Positions 30,701-39,472 of a DNA stretch of 52,534 bases are shown here, in pieces. The position numbers and the translations under genes are program-made. Below the pieces are notes generated by a model. That model was not told the DNA's origin. It worked only from the letters and a program-made list of their open reading frames with translations, and ran no database searches. The stretch spans positions 1-52,534 of the forward strand of contig DCMK01000068.1 in NCBI GenBank assembly GCA_002321395.1, read 5' to 3'. Source of the DNA: Bacillales bacterium UBA1624 (lineage in GTDB: Bacteria > Bacillota_I > Bacilli_A > RFN20 > CAG-826). Position 1 is the first letter of the stretch, and each line of letters starts with the position of its first letter.

Positions 30701-31083
30701 TCGCCAAACAAGCCAAACTCGCCAAGAATTCCCTGCAAAACGTGAAGAAGGACAACGCGAATCAATTCTCCTTCCAAACGTCTTATTCCGAGCAGCGGAT
30801 CGTCGTGACCCAGCTTGGTTATGATTTGGGGTGGTCGGCGAAGGCGACGTTGGAAGATGGGACGAAGATCGATTGCCCGATGTACAAGCTCGACGGCGGT
30901 TTGGTTGGTTTCCTTGCTCCCGCGGGGGAAGTCCACTACGTTCTTTCCTACTGCACTCCCTACTTAAAAGGCGGGGTCGCTTTGGCTTGCGTCGCTTCCT
31001 CCGCTTTCTTCGGCTTCGGTTTGTATTCCTTCTTAAGAAGCGTCAAGAAAAAAGAGGCCGCGGAGGCCCCTTCCGGCGAATGA
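27778..31083 (+). CDS. YfhO-family polytopic membrane protein (GT-C-like glycosyltransferase family)
   Basis: 1101 aa. The N-terminal ~550 aa have many TM helices, followed by a large extracytoplasmic domain and a final TM helix, the architecture typical of YfhO. Start may be 27793. Confidence 0.75.
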   Translation: MVVENMEKRAEQPKESLKDFKKGNNGFRAWMISHAPFLFDWSSVFYFGIFLFLLAVAWAANLLIENSGTMLMGWDYTWQFVSFAYDFWDQWHVFFTTGRFPLYDSTIWIGLDNIGSNSYYSLFDPFVVILTLFPRSWIPALFAITTFLKIMVSGLLMRWYLKYLGISEGASRLGATALAFSGYMMFMVGFPTTVSACVYIPLILLGIDKVIREKKPYCLVIGLFLMGITSFFFLVVACVWGVCYALWRYFWSIKTRSARDNVLVILMGIASFAIGLLMSAWTLLPSIRQSALSGRSTSIGSAYLSAILASLKGHDLKSFFQLIFEPVGDHPSRELMGLISFFYPTGGYLYLPLIHTGYDAWTASIFCYTPFIILFFTGVILSIKKQKWSHLIAILLCLYLVFTNFAYFFFYAFSGNGYGRWFIMLIPEIILYGCWAFDEARKEPQWVRFLGSALSLMATLGAYFILTSVLKEGTVYPNPNHLTYWPSSYTSPENVTGSGKAIWYVFAQCGYLLAEGIVFVAFNAKKWMPKALLGLLAVEVIVAGNAASANYYSIYSYSKRYMGGSAAFANSLKVADAIKEDGMAFSRTYFDQTNGSDSEAKSYNTVLGLGSSAAFHSLMNFDTEEFALLANMKGPYTSSPSKTYNDVEIFNPTWSGYYGNKRFGTDSVLGFHYYAIKNDYASWVDFMPANVPFGAEEIYSLPAAGKEGKTRYKVYKLGEDSSASLGYAVDSDKLYRIGKKEGSYYLNSFYDNTIGSSGYRSLIRAEETFLNGAIFEDDATLPDGMSCAEVPSVSSDAQVLANYGKKALRFQSGLKGYTVTTEEGDGLFPKTGLTGSPNDASYFLSSSYPRVSLNSSSKAVPDRTHVVFESSSSDYLSSDETGCYIEFKYWCGQSTPRVMVFGDKDGKSNQLLAFESSALSVAKQSGYFSSRSSSFGLYVNGHAKSLVFLWPSGGADISISPSNLTVYVTGKQEMLAKQAKLAKNSLQNVKKDNANQFSFQTSYSEQRIVVTQLGYDLGWSAKATLEDGTKIDCPMYKLDGGLVGFLAPAGEVHYVLSYCTPYLKGGVALACVASSAFFGFGLYSFLRSVKKKEAAEAPSGE

Positions 31084-31084
31084 T

Positions 31085-31948
31085 TCATTTCTTCTTTTGC
31101 AGATAGAGGTCATAAACTTGGTTTTTCGGGACCCCGAATTGCAAGGCGGCCTCTTTGATGGCCTCTTTGCTTTTCTTGCCGCTTTGGATTTGTTCCTTGA
31201 GATAAGAAAGGATTCCTTCTTCGGAGAAAGAGGCTTTTTCCTCTTGGTTTTTATTCCCTTCCACGACGATCACCATCTCCCCGCGCAAAGTCCCTTCCTC
31301 TAAGGAGGCGAACTCCTCAAGCGTCCCGCGGATGATTTCTTCATGGGCTTTGGTTAGCTCTCGGGCGATGGTCGCTTTCCGCGGCCCGAAGGCTTCGAAC
31401 AAAGAAAGGAGGGTGCGGTGGATGCGGTGGGGGGATTCGTAGAAGATGATCGTTTCTTTTCGGGAGGATAATTCCTTAAGTTCTGCGTCTTTTTCGCTTT
31501 CTTTCGCCGGCAAAAAGCCCTCGAAATAGAAGTGTGAGGAATCTAGTCCGGAGACCGAAAGGGCATCCAGCGCGGCGGAGGGCCCGCTGGTGACGGAGAC
31601 TTTGATCCCCGCTTCCAGGCATTTGGCGACCAAACGTTGGCCGGGGTCAGAGAGGGTGGGGTATCCGGCGTCGGACATATAGCAGACTTTCTTCCCGCTT
31701 CGCAAAAGGGAGACGATCTTCTCCGCGGCTTCGTTTTCGTTGTGCTCGTGGCAGGAGATGAAGGGCTTGCGGATGGAGAAGTGGGCCATAAGCTGGCCTG
31801 AGTTGCGCGTGTCCTCGGCGGCGATGTAGTCGGTTTGCGAAAGGACCTCAAGGGCCCTTGGGGTCATTTCCGAAAGGTTTCCGATGGGGGTGGCGACGAG
31901 ATAAAGGAGAGGCGAATCCCCTTGGAAGTTCAATTCGCGGGGGGTCAT
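31085..31948 (-). CDS. rsmI: 16S rRNA (cytidine1402-2'-O)-methyltransferase
   Basis: LYLVATPIGNL..., tetrapyrrole-methylase fold motifs, conserved position after yaaT/ricT. Confidence 0.92.
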   Translation of the reverse strand: MTPRELNFQGDSPLLYLVATPIGNLSEMTPRALEVLSQTDYIAAEDTRNSGQLMAHFSIRKPFISCHEHNENEAAEKIVSLLRSGKKVCYMSDAGYPTLSDPGQRLVAKCLEAGIKVSVTSGPSAALDALSVSGLDSSHFYFEGFLPAKESEKDAELKELSSRKETIIFYESPHRIHRTLLSLFEAFGPRKATIARELTKAHEEIIRGTLEEFASLEEGTLRGEMVIVVEGNKNQEEKASFSEEGILSYLKEQIQSGKKSKEAIKEAALQFGVPKNQVYDLYLQKKK

Positions 31949-33084
31949 TTTCCGGAGTTTCCGTTCCCTTTGGCGTGATAGCCGCGGTGGGGGCGATAAC
32001 GGTGGGAGGGGTTCCTCGGTTTCCCTTGTTGAGCGTTGTCTTTGGGGTTTTGCCCTTGGGGCCCTCTTTCTTTACCGCGGTTTTGGTTGTTCCTTTGCCG
32101 GTCGCGGAAGTTCTCTTTCCCATTATTGGGGTTCTTCTTTCCGCTTTGGCCTTGGCTGTTAAAAGGCTTTTGTTCCTGCGGCATGGGCTTTAGCCCGGGG
32201 ATGTTGAAGTCGGGAAGCGTGTCTTCCTTGGGCTTTTCCACGGGCTTTTTGTACGTTCCGTTCATCATGGCTTGAACGTCTTCGAGGGAATAGGTTTTGA
32301 AATCGTCGCGGGTGGCGTTGGCCAGGCGAACGTTGCGGGAGATGATGTTGAAGGATTCGACGTGGTAGTCCCCTTCCTCCAAGTGGACGATGGTTCCGGG
32401 GCGGGGGAAATCTTTCTTCTCCACGTCGTAGGTTTCGTTCTCATAGGCCAGGCAGCAAATCAATTTGCCGCAGGGGCCGGAAAGCTTTTGGGTGTTGAGG
32501 GTCAGCATCTGATTTTTGGCCAAGGAGATGCCGATTGGCTGCGACCAAGTGAGGAAAGTGGAGCAGCAGAAAGGGAGGCCGCAGACGCCGATCCCTCCGA
32601 CTTGGCGGGCCCTTTCTCTGGGAGAGAGCTGATGAAATTCGATTCTTGCGTGAAGCAAAGGGGGCAGGATGCGAAGCAATTCGCGGAAATCGACGCGGTG
32701 CTCGGTGGAGGTATAGGTGATGGTGATCTTTGAGCCGTCCAAATTGTAATCGGCGTCCAATAGGTCCATGGGGAGGCCGAGCTTTTTGGCTTCGCGGTCC
32801 GTGATGGCCAAGGCTTTTTTGTCTTGCTCTAGGTTGAAGCGGTAGTCATCCATGTCGGCTTTGGTGGGTTTCCGGAGGATCGGCTTCAGCTGCAGGGGGG
32901 AATGATAAAGGGATTGTGACATGATCGGAGTGGAAACGGTGGCCATTTCAAAGCCGCTGGGGGTTTCCACGATGACGAAATCCCCTTGCTTCAAGTCGGA
33001 GAAATGGGTGGAGAAATAATAAGATTTTTCGGAATTGCGGAATTTGATTCCCACGAAATAGGAATCCTGGGTGATATCGTCCAT
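31945..33084 (-). CDS. ricT: PSP1-domain protein (YaaT/RicT homolog) with an Asn/Gln/Gly/Lys-rich C-terminal extension
   Basis: PSP1 core with Cys cluster GVCGLPFCCSTF...CGKLICCLAYE. ATG at 33084 has GGAGGA 6 nt upstream; the alternative ATG at 33090 abuts the SD. Confidence 0.85.
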   Translation of the reverse strand: MDDITQDSYFVGIKFRNSEKSYYFSTHFSDLKQGDFVIVETPSGFEMATVSTPIMSQSLYHSPLQLKPILRKPTKADMDDYRFNLEQDKKALAITDREAKKLGLPMDLLDADYNLDGSKITITYTSTEHRVDFRELLRILPPLLHARIEFHQLSPRERARQVGGIGVCGLPFCCSTFLTWSQPIGISLAKNQMLTLNTQKLSGPCGKLICCLAYENETYDVEKKDFPRPGTIVHLEEGDYHVESFNIISRNVRLANATRDDFKTYSLEDVQAMMNGTYKKPVEKPKEDTLPDFNIPGLKPMPQEQKPFNSQGQSGKKNPNNGKENFRDRQRNNQNRGKERGPQGQNPKDNAQQGKPRNPSHRYRPHRGYHAKGNGNSGK

Positions 33085-33086
33085 GG

Positions 33087-34064
33087 TCATTCCTCCTTGA
33101 ATTGATGGAGCATGTGGAGAAGCAAAAGCCCCCCGTTGATGTTGGTGTCAGCCTCTTGGCGGGCGTTCATGACGCTGAGAAGAGCTTTGTTGGGATCGCC
33201 GGTCTTATCTAAGACCGCGCGGCTCATTTTACCATAAGAAGCAAGTTTCAAAGGCGTTCCGTACTTCCAGGCGAGGACGTCTTCGTAGAAAAAGGTCAAG
33301 AATTCCAGAAATTCCTTTAAAGCGGGACGTTCCTTCAAAAGGGGGATGGCTGTGTTTTCCGCTGCAAAGCGAGCTTCCGGCATCCCTTTTTGGAGGGATG
33401 CGACGACTTCTTCAAAAGCCATTTTGGCGTTTTGATAGGTTTTGGATTGAGCCCCTTCTCGAATAAAGGTCAGGTCATTGGCCAAAAAAGAAAGGAGTTC
33501 TGCGTCTTTTTCTTCGACTCCTTCTTTTTTGCATTCTTGCAAAACCTCCTCGCGGGGGGTCAGCTTCAAACGAAGCGTTTGGCAGCGGGATACGATCGTT
33601 GGCAGGACTTTGGCTTCGTTGCGAGTCGTCAGGATTGCATAGGCGCAGGGATTGGGCTCTTCCAAGAATTTGAGAAGACTGTTCTCCGCTTCCGGGGTCA
33701 TCCCTTCCACGCAGTGGATGAGGTAGACCATGATCCCTTTGCTTTCCAAAGGCGTTTGCTCGAAATAATGGATTAGGGATTGAACGTCATCTTTTTTGAT
33801 GGATCCTTCGCTGCCGTCGTAGAAGCGGTAGTCGGGATAATCTCCCTTTTCGATTCTGCGGCACGTTTCGCACTCTTGATCGGCCAAAGGGTTCGGAGAA
33901 TCGCAGAGGATGGATTTTGCCAGATATTCGCCGACCTGCTGCAGCGGGGTCCCGTTTTCGCCGACCAAAAGATAGGCGTGGGCCAAGCGGTTCTGCTTCA
34001 AGGCGCGGGAAAATGTCTGGAAGAGGACGCTTTGCTTTTCTTGCAGGTAGGCGGATAGGTTCAT
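33087..34064 (-). CDS. holB: DNA polymerase III subunit delta'
   Basis: HAYLLVG, zinc-module-like C..C..C, SRCQ motif (IVSRCQTL). Synteny tmk-holB. Confidence 0.87.
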   Translation of the reverse strand: MNLSAYLQEKQSVLFQTFSRALKQNRLAHAYLLVGENGTPLQQVGEYLAKSILCDSPNPLADQECETCRRIEKGDYPDYRFYDGSEGSIKKDDVQSLIHYFEQTPLESKGIMVYLIHCVEGMTPEAENSLLKFLEEPNPCAYAILTTRNEAKVLPTIVSRCQTLRLKLTPREEVLQECKKEGVEEKDAELLSFLANDLTFIREGAQSKTYQNAKMAFEEVVASLQKGMPEARFAAENTAIPLLKERPALKEFLEFLTFFYEDVLAWKYGTPLKLASYGKMSRAVLDKTGDPNKALLSVMNARQEADTNINGGLLLLHMLHQFKEE

Positions 34065-34681
34065 AATTTTTTCTGAATGGCCGCGAAGACGGCGTTTGCG
34101 ACTTCCTCTTTGGATTTCGAGGCATCGATGACGACGTAGCGGTCTTTGAATTTTCGGGCTAGGTCTAAGAAGGCTTTCCTCACGCTTTGATGAAAGGAGA
34201 GCTTCTCTAGGTCAAGCCGGTTCACTTCTCTCCCCGAATTGGAGGCGATGCGCTGAAGCCCCTGTTCCGGATCAAGGTCGAAGAAGAAGGTCAGATCCGG
34301 GTATTGGCCTTCGGTCGCGTATTCGTTGATGCGCAGGATTTCTTCCACGCCGAGCCCGCGCGCGACGCCCTGGTAAGCGAGAGAGGAATCCAGGAAGCGG
34401 TCGCACAAAACGATTTTCCCTTCTTTCAAAGCGGGCCAGATCTTCTGGACCAAATGCTGACGTCGGCTGGCCGCATAAAGCAAAGCCTCCGTCCTTGGAT
34501 CCATATCCGTATTGGCTTTGTTGAGGATCACCTCGCGGATTTGCTCGGAGATGGGGGTTCCGCCCGGCTCGCGGGTGAGGATGGTTTGGTACCCCTTGTC
34601 CAAAAGCATTTGGTTTACTCTTTTCAGGGCCGTCGTTTTCCCCGACCCTTCTCCGCCTTCGAACGTGATGAACAAACTCAT
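34061..34681 (-). CDS. tmk: thymidylate kinase
   Basis: P-loop FITFEGGEGSGKTT, DRF motif (CDRFLDSSLAYQG). Confidence 0.95.
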   Translation of the reverse strand: MSLFITFEGGEGSGKTTALKRVNQMLLDKGYQTILTREPGGTPISEQIREVILNKANTDMDPRTEALLYAASRRQHLVQKIWPALKEGKIVLCDRFLDSSLAYQGVARGLGVEEILRINEYATEGQYPDLTFFFDLDPEQGLQRIASNSGREVNRLDLEKLSFHQSVRKAFLDLARKFKDRYVVIDASKSKEEVANAVFAAIQKKL

Positions 34682-35274
34682 AGTTTTCTCCTGCCTTCCA
34701 AGGCTTTGCTCAAAGTCAAGGAATCCGCGTAGTCGAGCGATGCCCCCATGGGGAGCCCATAGGCCAAGCGGGTGACGTTGACGCCTTGCTTTTGCAATAG
34801 GCGCGCTAAGAAGAGGGCGGTGGTTTCCCCTTCGATGGTTGGATTGGTCGCCAAAATGACTTCCTTGATGCCTTCGGTTTTGATGCGTTCCAAAAGCAAA
34901 TCGACGTTCAGGTCTTCTGGGCCCATGCCTTTGGCGGGGGAGATGACTCCATTCAAGACGTGGTAAACCCCATTGAAGTCCTGAAGCTTTTCAAAAGGCA
35001 AGGCGTCCTTCGGATAGCTGACCACGATGCATGTGGAGTGGTCGCGGGAGGGATCGGAGCAGATTTCGCAAAGATCGTTTTCCGCGTAGAGTCCGCAGCG
35101 CGGGCATTTGTGGATTTTGCGCTTCGCATCGGCGATGGCTTGGGCGAACTCAAGGGCGTCTTCCTCCTTCATCTCCAAAATGGAATAGGCCATGCGCTCC
35201 GCGCTTTTCTTACCGACTCCCGGCAGCTTCGAAAAGGAGTCCACCAGGGCGAGATAGCTTTGGAGCTCTTTCAT
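34678..35274 (-). CDS. recR: recombination protein RecR
   Basis: HhH N-terminus, C4 zinc finger CPRCG...CEIC, Toprim domain. Confidence 0.95.
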   Translation of the reverse strand: MKELQSYLALVDSFSKLPGVGKKSAERMAYSILEMKEEDALEFAQAIADAKRKIHKCPRCGLYAENDLCEICSDPSRDHSTCIVVSYPKDALPFEKLQDFNGVYHVLNGVISPAKGMGPEDLNVDLLLERIKTEGIKEVILATNPTIEGETTALFLARLLQKQGVNVTRLAYGLPMGASLDYADSLTLSKALEGRRKL

Positions 35275-35573
35275 TAGAACAAGCCTCTTTGGCCCGTGAT
35301 TTTTTCTTCGATTTCCTCGTTGGCCTTGTCGATTTGCTCGAAGGCGTCATTGAGGGCGAGGACGATGGCTTCTTCCAGCATTTCCTTGTTCTCAGGATCC
35401 AAGGCGTCTTTGTCGATGCGGAGGGACTTGATGCTGCGGTTGCCCAAGACGATGGCTTCGACCATGCCATTCTTCTCAACCTTGAATTCCTTGCTTTCCA
35501 ACTCGGCGTGGGCTTTCTGCAACTCGCGTTGCATCCTTTGAGCCTGCTGGATCATTTGCTGCATTTGGTTCAT
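35274..35573 (-). CDS. ybaB: nucleoid-associated protein YbaB/EbfC
   Basis: 99 aa, MQQMIQQAQRMQ.EL... pattern, located between dnaX and recR. AAAGGAGA SD. Confidence 0.9.
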   Translation of the reverse strand: MNQMQQMIQQAQRMQRELQKAHAELESKEFKVEKNGMVEAIVLGNRSIKSLRIDKDALDPENKEMLEEAIVLALNDAFEQIDKANEEIEEKITGQRGLF

Positions 35574-35595
35574 GTTCTATCTCCTTTATATTGGG

Positions 35596-37434
35596 TTAAC
35601 GGGGTAATTTGAGCTCGATGTCTTCCGGGCGAGGGAGTTTTCCAATCTGCGACAATCCGAAGTACTTGCTTTGGATTCGGTTGGAGTCCTGCCGGTCGAG
35701 GCCGAAGAGGAACACCTTCCTCCCAAGCACTTTCTCGACGAGCTTTCCGAGGACCTTCTGATTTTCTTTGAGGTTTGACCTTTCCTTCAGGCGGGTGAAG
35801 TTAAAGTTGATCAAGAGGGCATCTTGGCAAAGGCAGAAGGGCCGGGCTTGGGCGAGCAGGGCGGCGGCATCTCCGCATTTGGGGTCGAGCTTCATGGTTT
35901 CGAATTCGCCCCAGCGTGTCAATAGGGCGTGCCTTTCCGCTTTGAATTTGGCGCCGAGAACCATGATTTGCACGACGGTATCATCGTCCAGCGAGATGGC
36001 TTGCCCCTCTCCAGATAGGCTTTTGGCGCTGCTGGGCGGGGTGATTTCTTTGGATGCATCCTCTTTTTTGGGCTCTTCAACGGGTTTTTGAGGCGCGGCC
36101 GTCGGCTCGGCTTTCTTTGGAGTCGGGACGGGTTTTTCGCTAGCCAATGAGGAGTCTTCGAACAGGAAGGAAGGGGGTTGATCCCCTTGATAGATGTCGC
36201 CGGAGTCCGGATCGTAATCTTTTTTGGGCTCTTCTTTCTTCACCACGGGTTTTGGGGCTTCCGCAACGGGGGCGGGGATGGGCTTTTGGGCTGGTTCAAG
36301 AGCTTGGGCCGTTTTGCTGGGCGCGGGTTTTTGCGGGGCGGGCTCGTCTTGGCTTTCGGAGAAGAAAGAGCACATTTGAAGGGCGGTGAGCTCAAAGAGG
36401 GAACGGACGTTGGAAACGGACTTCGCATTGATTTGGGTTTGCAGCAGCAAATCGATCATTTGATTGGCTTTCTTGGCGGAGATTCGGCTGCAAAGGTCTT
36501 CCGCGTCTTCTTTTTTCAATACGGTGCAAAGGTCGATTCTCTTGGTTCTTCCGTAGATCAAAACGTCTTTAAGAATATCCAAAAGGGATCCGATGAGGCG
36601 TTTGATATCGATGCCAGAGGATAAAAAGGAGTTGAGTTTTGCGATGGTATTGACGACGTCGGCTTGGCAAATGCTATTCAGGAATGCCACTTTTTCTTTT
36701 GTGGAGGCGAGGCCGAACACGGACAGGACGTCTTGCTGACGGAGAGAATTCCCGCCAAAGGCGAGGACCTGATCCAAGATGGAAAGGGCGTCCCTCATTC
36801 CTCCGTCAGATAGATCGATGATGGAATCGATGGCCTCCTCGTCATAAGAAGCGCCTTCTTTTCCCAAGATCTCCTTCAGCTTTGCTTTCATGTCTTTGGG
36901 ATCGATTTTTCCGAAGTCATAGCGTTGGCAGCGGGAGAGAATGGTCGGAAGAACTTTATTGGGCTCGGTCGTGGCCAAGATGAAAATGACGTGCTCCGGG
37001 GGCTCTTCTAGTGTTTTCAGCAAAGCGTTGAAGGCGCCTTGGGACATCATGTGGACTTCGTCGATGATGTAAATCTTGTATCTTCCGCGAATGGGGGAAT
37101 AGTTGACCCTTTCGATGAGCTCGCGAACCTGATCCACCCCGTTGTTGCTGGCCGCGTCGATTTCGACGACGTCTGGGTGGGAGCCGTTATTCAAAGCGAT
37201 GCAATTGGAACATTTGTTGCATTGGTGGCCTTCGCCTTCTTCGCAGTTAAGGGCTTTGGCAAATAGGCGCGCCATTGTGGTTTTTCCGGTTCCGCGAGGG
37301 CCGCAAAAAAGGTAGGCGTGGGCGATTTTGCCAGTAGAAATCGAATTCTGCAGGGTGCGGACGATCACTTGCTGGCCTGCGACTTCCTCGAAAGTTTGGG
37401 GCCTATATTTGTTGTAAAGCGCGGTATAGGGCAT
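35596..37434 (-). CDS. dnaX: DNA polymerase III subunit tau/gamma
   Basis: YRPQTFEEVAGQ, Walker A GPRGTGKTT, zinc module C..C..C, DEVHM, SRCQ. Pro/Lys/Glu-rich linker before the C-terminal domain. Confidence 0.95.
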   Translation of the reverse strand: MPYTALYNKYRPQTFEEVAGQQVIVRTLQNSISTGKIAHAYLFCGPRGTGKTTMARLFAKALNCEEGEGHQCNKCSNCIALNNGSHPDVVEIDAASNNGVDQVRELIERVNYSPIRGRYKIYIIDEVHMMSQGAFNALLKTLEEPPEHVIFILATTEPNKVLPTILSRCQRYDFGKIDPKDMKAKLKEILGKEGASYDEEAIDSIIDLSDGGMRDALSILDQVLAFGGNSLRQQDVLSVFGLASTKEKVAFLNSICQADVVNTIAKLNSFLSSGIDIKRLIGSLLDILKDVLIYGRTKRIDLCTVLKKEDAEDLCSRISAKKANQMIDLLLQTQINAKSVSNVRSLFELTALQMCSFFSESQDEPAPQKPAPSKTAQALEPAQKPIPAPVAEAPKPVVKKEEPKKDYDPDSGDIYQGDQPPSFLFEDSSLASEKPVPTPKKAEPTAAPQKPVEEPKKEDASKEITPPSSAKSLSGEGQAISLDDDTVVQIMVLGAKFKAERHALLTRWGEFETMKLDPKCGDAAALLAQARPFCLCQDALLINFNFTRLKERSNLKENQKVLGKLVEKVLGRKVFLFGLDRQDSNRIQSKYFGLSQIGKLPRPEDIELKLPR

Positions 37435-37443
37435 AGCATTAGA

Positions 37444-37449
37444 ATTATA
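37444..37449 (-). promoter_or_regulatory. -10 box TATAAT (minus strand) 9 nt upstream of the dnaX ATG (leaderless-type)
   Basis: The minus strand reads TATAAT-tctaatgct-ATG (37434). No SD. Confidence 0.5.
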
Positions 37450-37507
37450 TCTATCTTGGCTCCCCCTTCCTAGGCCTAATCAAAGATTAGGAGAGGCATC
37501 TTGCCCA

Positions 37508-37516
37508 TGATATAAT
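37508..37516 (+). promoter_or_regulatory. extended -10 TGATATAAT 11 nt upstream of the prfA ATG (leaderless-type)
   Basis: TGATATAAT-ggcccgcgttt-ATG (37528). A second in-frame ATG lies at 37540. Confidence 0.5.
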
Positions 37517-37527
37517 GGCCCGCGTTT

Positions 37528-38631
37528 ATGGAAGAAAGCATGCGCACAAGGCTTGAAATCACTCAAGCTAGACTCAGCCAAATCGAGCGGGAGCTCTCGG
37601 ACGAATCCATTGGGAATGACTTGCCGAAACTCACGAAGCTGACCAAAGAAAGAGCCAATTTGGAGCCTATTGTGCTCAAATTCAAAGAATATTTGAAACA
37701 GGAAGGGAACTACAAAGACAGCTTTGCTTTGGAGGAAACCGGGGATCCGGAGATGCTCGAGCTCGCCAAGGAAGAAAGAAAAGCCAGCTCGGAGGAAATG
37801 GAGAAACTCGAGGGCGACCTCCGGCTTCTTTTGGTTCCCAAAGACCCCAACGACGATAAGAACATCATCGTGGAGATCCGCGGGGCGGTCGGCGGAGATG
37901 AAGCGAACCTCTTCGCGGGAGATTTGCTCCACATGTATGCCAAATACGCGGAACGGCAGGGATGGAGCCTGAAGCTTTTGGATGCTTCGTTGGGGGCCGC
38001 TGGGGGATACGCTTCGGTATCCTTTATGATAAAAGGGGACGCCGTTTACTCAAAAATGAAGTTCGAAAGCGGGGCTCATCGCGTCCAAAGGGTCCCGAAG
38101 ACGGAATCTCAAGGAAGAATCCATACCTCGACCGCGACCGTTTTGGTGATGCCGGAAGCGGAGGAAGTCGACGTTCACATCAATCCTTCCGATTTGAAGA
38201 TCGATACCTACCATTCCCAAGGCGCGGGTGGGCAAAACGTCAATAAAACCGAATCGGCGGTGCGCATCACCCATCTTCCGACCGGGCTGGTCGTGGCTTG
38301 CCAAACGGAGAAAGCCCAGCTGCAAAACAAAGAAATCGCTATGCAGATGATCCGGGCGAAAGTCGCGTCTTACTTCCAAGAAAAAGAAGATTCCAAAAGG
38401 GCTCAGGAGAGGAAGCTGAAAGTTGGGACGGGGGAGCGATCTGAAAAAATTCGCACCTATAACTACCCCCAAAACCGCGTGACCGACCACCGCATTGGCT
38501 TCACGATCAACCAGCTGGATCGGGTGATGGAAGGGGAGCTGGAACCGGTGATCGACGCTTTGATCCATTTCGACCAAGAGCAGAAAATGCTGGAAGAAGG
38601 AAAGGAAGAGGCCCATGCCGAAAATCGCTGA
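37528..38631 (+). CDS. prfA: peptide chain release factor 1
   Basis: PxT-type tripeptide context (RVQRVPKTESQGRIHTS), GGQ motif (SQGAGGQNVNK). Confidence 0.95.
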   Translation: MEESMRTRLEITQARLSQIERELSDESIGNDLPKLTKLTKERANLEPIVLKFKEYLKQEGNYKDSFALEETGDPEMLELAKEERKASSEEMEKLEGDLRLLLVPKDPNDDKNIIVEIRGAVGGDEANLFAGDLLHMYAKYAERQGWSLKLLDASLGAAGGYASVSFMIKGDAVYSKMKFESGAHRVQRVPKTESQGRIHTSTATVLVMPEAEEVDVHINPSDLKIDTYHSQGAGGQNVNKTESAVRITHLPTGLVVACQTEKAQLQNKEIAMQMIRAKVASYFQEKEDSKRAQERKLKVGTGERSEKIRTYNYPQNRVTDHRIGFTINQLDRVMEGELEPVIDALIHFDQEQKMLEEGKEEAHAENR

Positions 38632-39460
38632 GGTTTATAACGCCGCCCTCGCCAAAGGGAAGGACGTTGGGGTTTATTCCAACGACGTCCGGACCCTCAT
38701 CGCCAAGGACAATGGCTTCAAAGAGCCGATCGACACATTGTTTTATCGCGACTCTGAAATGAAGAATTACCCCTTGTTCCAAAAGCAATTTGAGCGGCTT
38801 TTGCGGGGAGAACCGGTTGAATACATCATCGAGGAAGCTTCTTTTTTGCAATTTCGTTTGCACGTTGATCGGCGTGTTTTGATTCCGCGGATGGAAACGC
38901 AAGAACTGGTTTCGAAGATCTCGGAGCAAATCAGTAAATGGTACGATCCGCGAAATTACCTCGTCTGTGCCGACATCGGAACCGGGTCCGGTGCGATCGC
39001 GATCGCCCTCAAATCGCTGTTCCCAAATTGGCTGGTGACAGCTTCCGATCTATCTTACGATGCCTTGGAAGTGGCCCGCGGCAACATCCAAAAATACAAT
39101 TTGGGGATCCATACTCTGCAAGGGGATTCTTTGGAGCCCTTCATCCGAGAGAAGATGAACCTTGATATTTTGGTGAGCAATCCGCCCTATATCCTGCATC
39201 CAGAGGAGACGCAGGAATCGGTGAAGAACTTCGAACCGGGATCGGCTCTGTGGCTTGATAAAAGCAACTCGGTCTATGAGAAAATCTTCCGAGATGTACA
39301 TCTTGTGAAAAAAGGCGATTTGCTGATGTGTTTCGAAATTGGCTATGATTTGGAAGATTATCTCACTGAGCTGATGAGAAAATATCTTACGGATTACGAG
39401 TATTCCTTTGAGAAAGATCTCAACGGATTGACCCGTTTCCTGTTCGTGAATCTTCATTGA
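38615..39460 (+). CDS. prmC: release factor glutamine N5-methyltransferase
   Basis: SAM motif DIGTGSGAIA, catalytic NPPY (VSNPPYI). Overlaps the prfA 3' end. Confidence 0.9.
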   Translation: MPKIAEVYNAALAKGKDVGVYSNDVRTLIAKDNGFKEPIDTLFYRDSEMKNYPLFQKQFERLLRGEPVEYIIEEASFLQFRLHVDRRVLIPRMETQELVSKISEQISKWYDPRNYLVCADIGTGSGAIAIALKSLFPNWLVTASDLSYDALEVARGNIQKYNLGIHTLQGDSLEPFIREKMNLDILVSNPPYILHPEETQESVKNFEPGSALWLDKSNSVYEKIFRDVHLVKKGDLLMCFEIGYDLEDYLTELMRKYLTDYEYSFEKDLNGLTRFLFVNLH

Positions 39461-39472
39461 AGGAGTGTGACC

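Noticed and set aside
36062-36234. Possible dnaX -1 frameshift site: A6 runs in the duplicated 17-nt unit GAAGAGCCCAAAAAAGA on the coding (minus) strand, at about 36062-36078 and 36218-36234.
   Set aside because: The zero frame is CCC AAA AAA GAx, not the A AAA AAG heptamer phase. No stop codon follows closely in the -1 frame, and no downstream hairpin is evident. It looks like a simple duplication within the Pro/Lys/Glu linker.
37435-37527. Expected SRP RNA (ffs/scRNA) upstream of dnaX, as in Bacillus.
   Set aside because: Only 93 nt separate dnaX from the divergent prfA, and two -10 boxes occupy that space. There is no room for a 4.5S or scRNA helix-8 motif.
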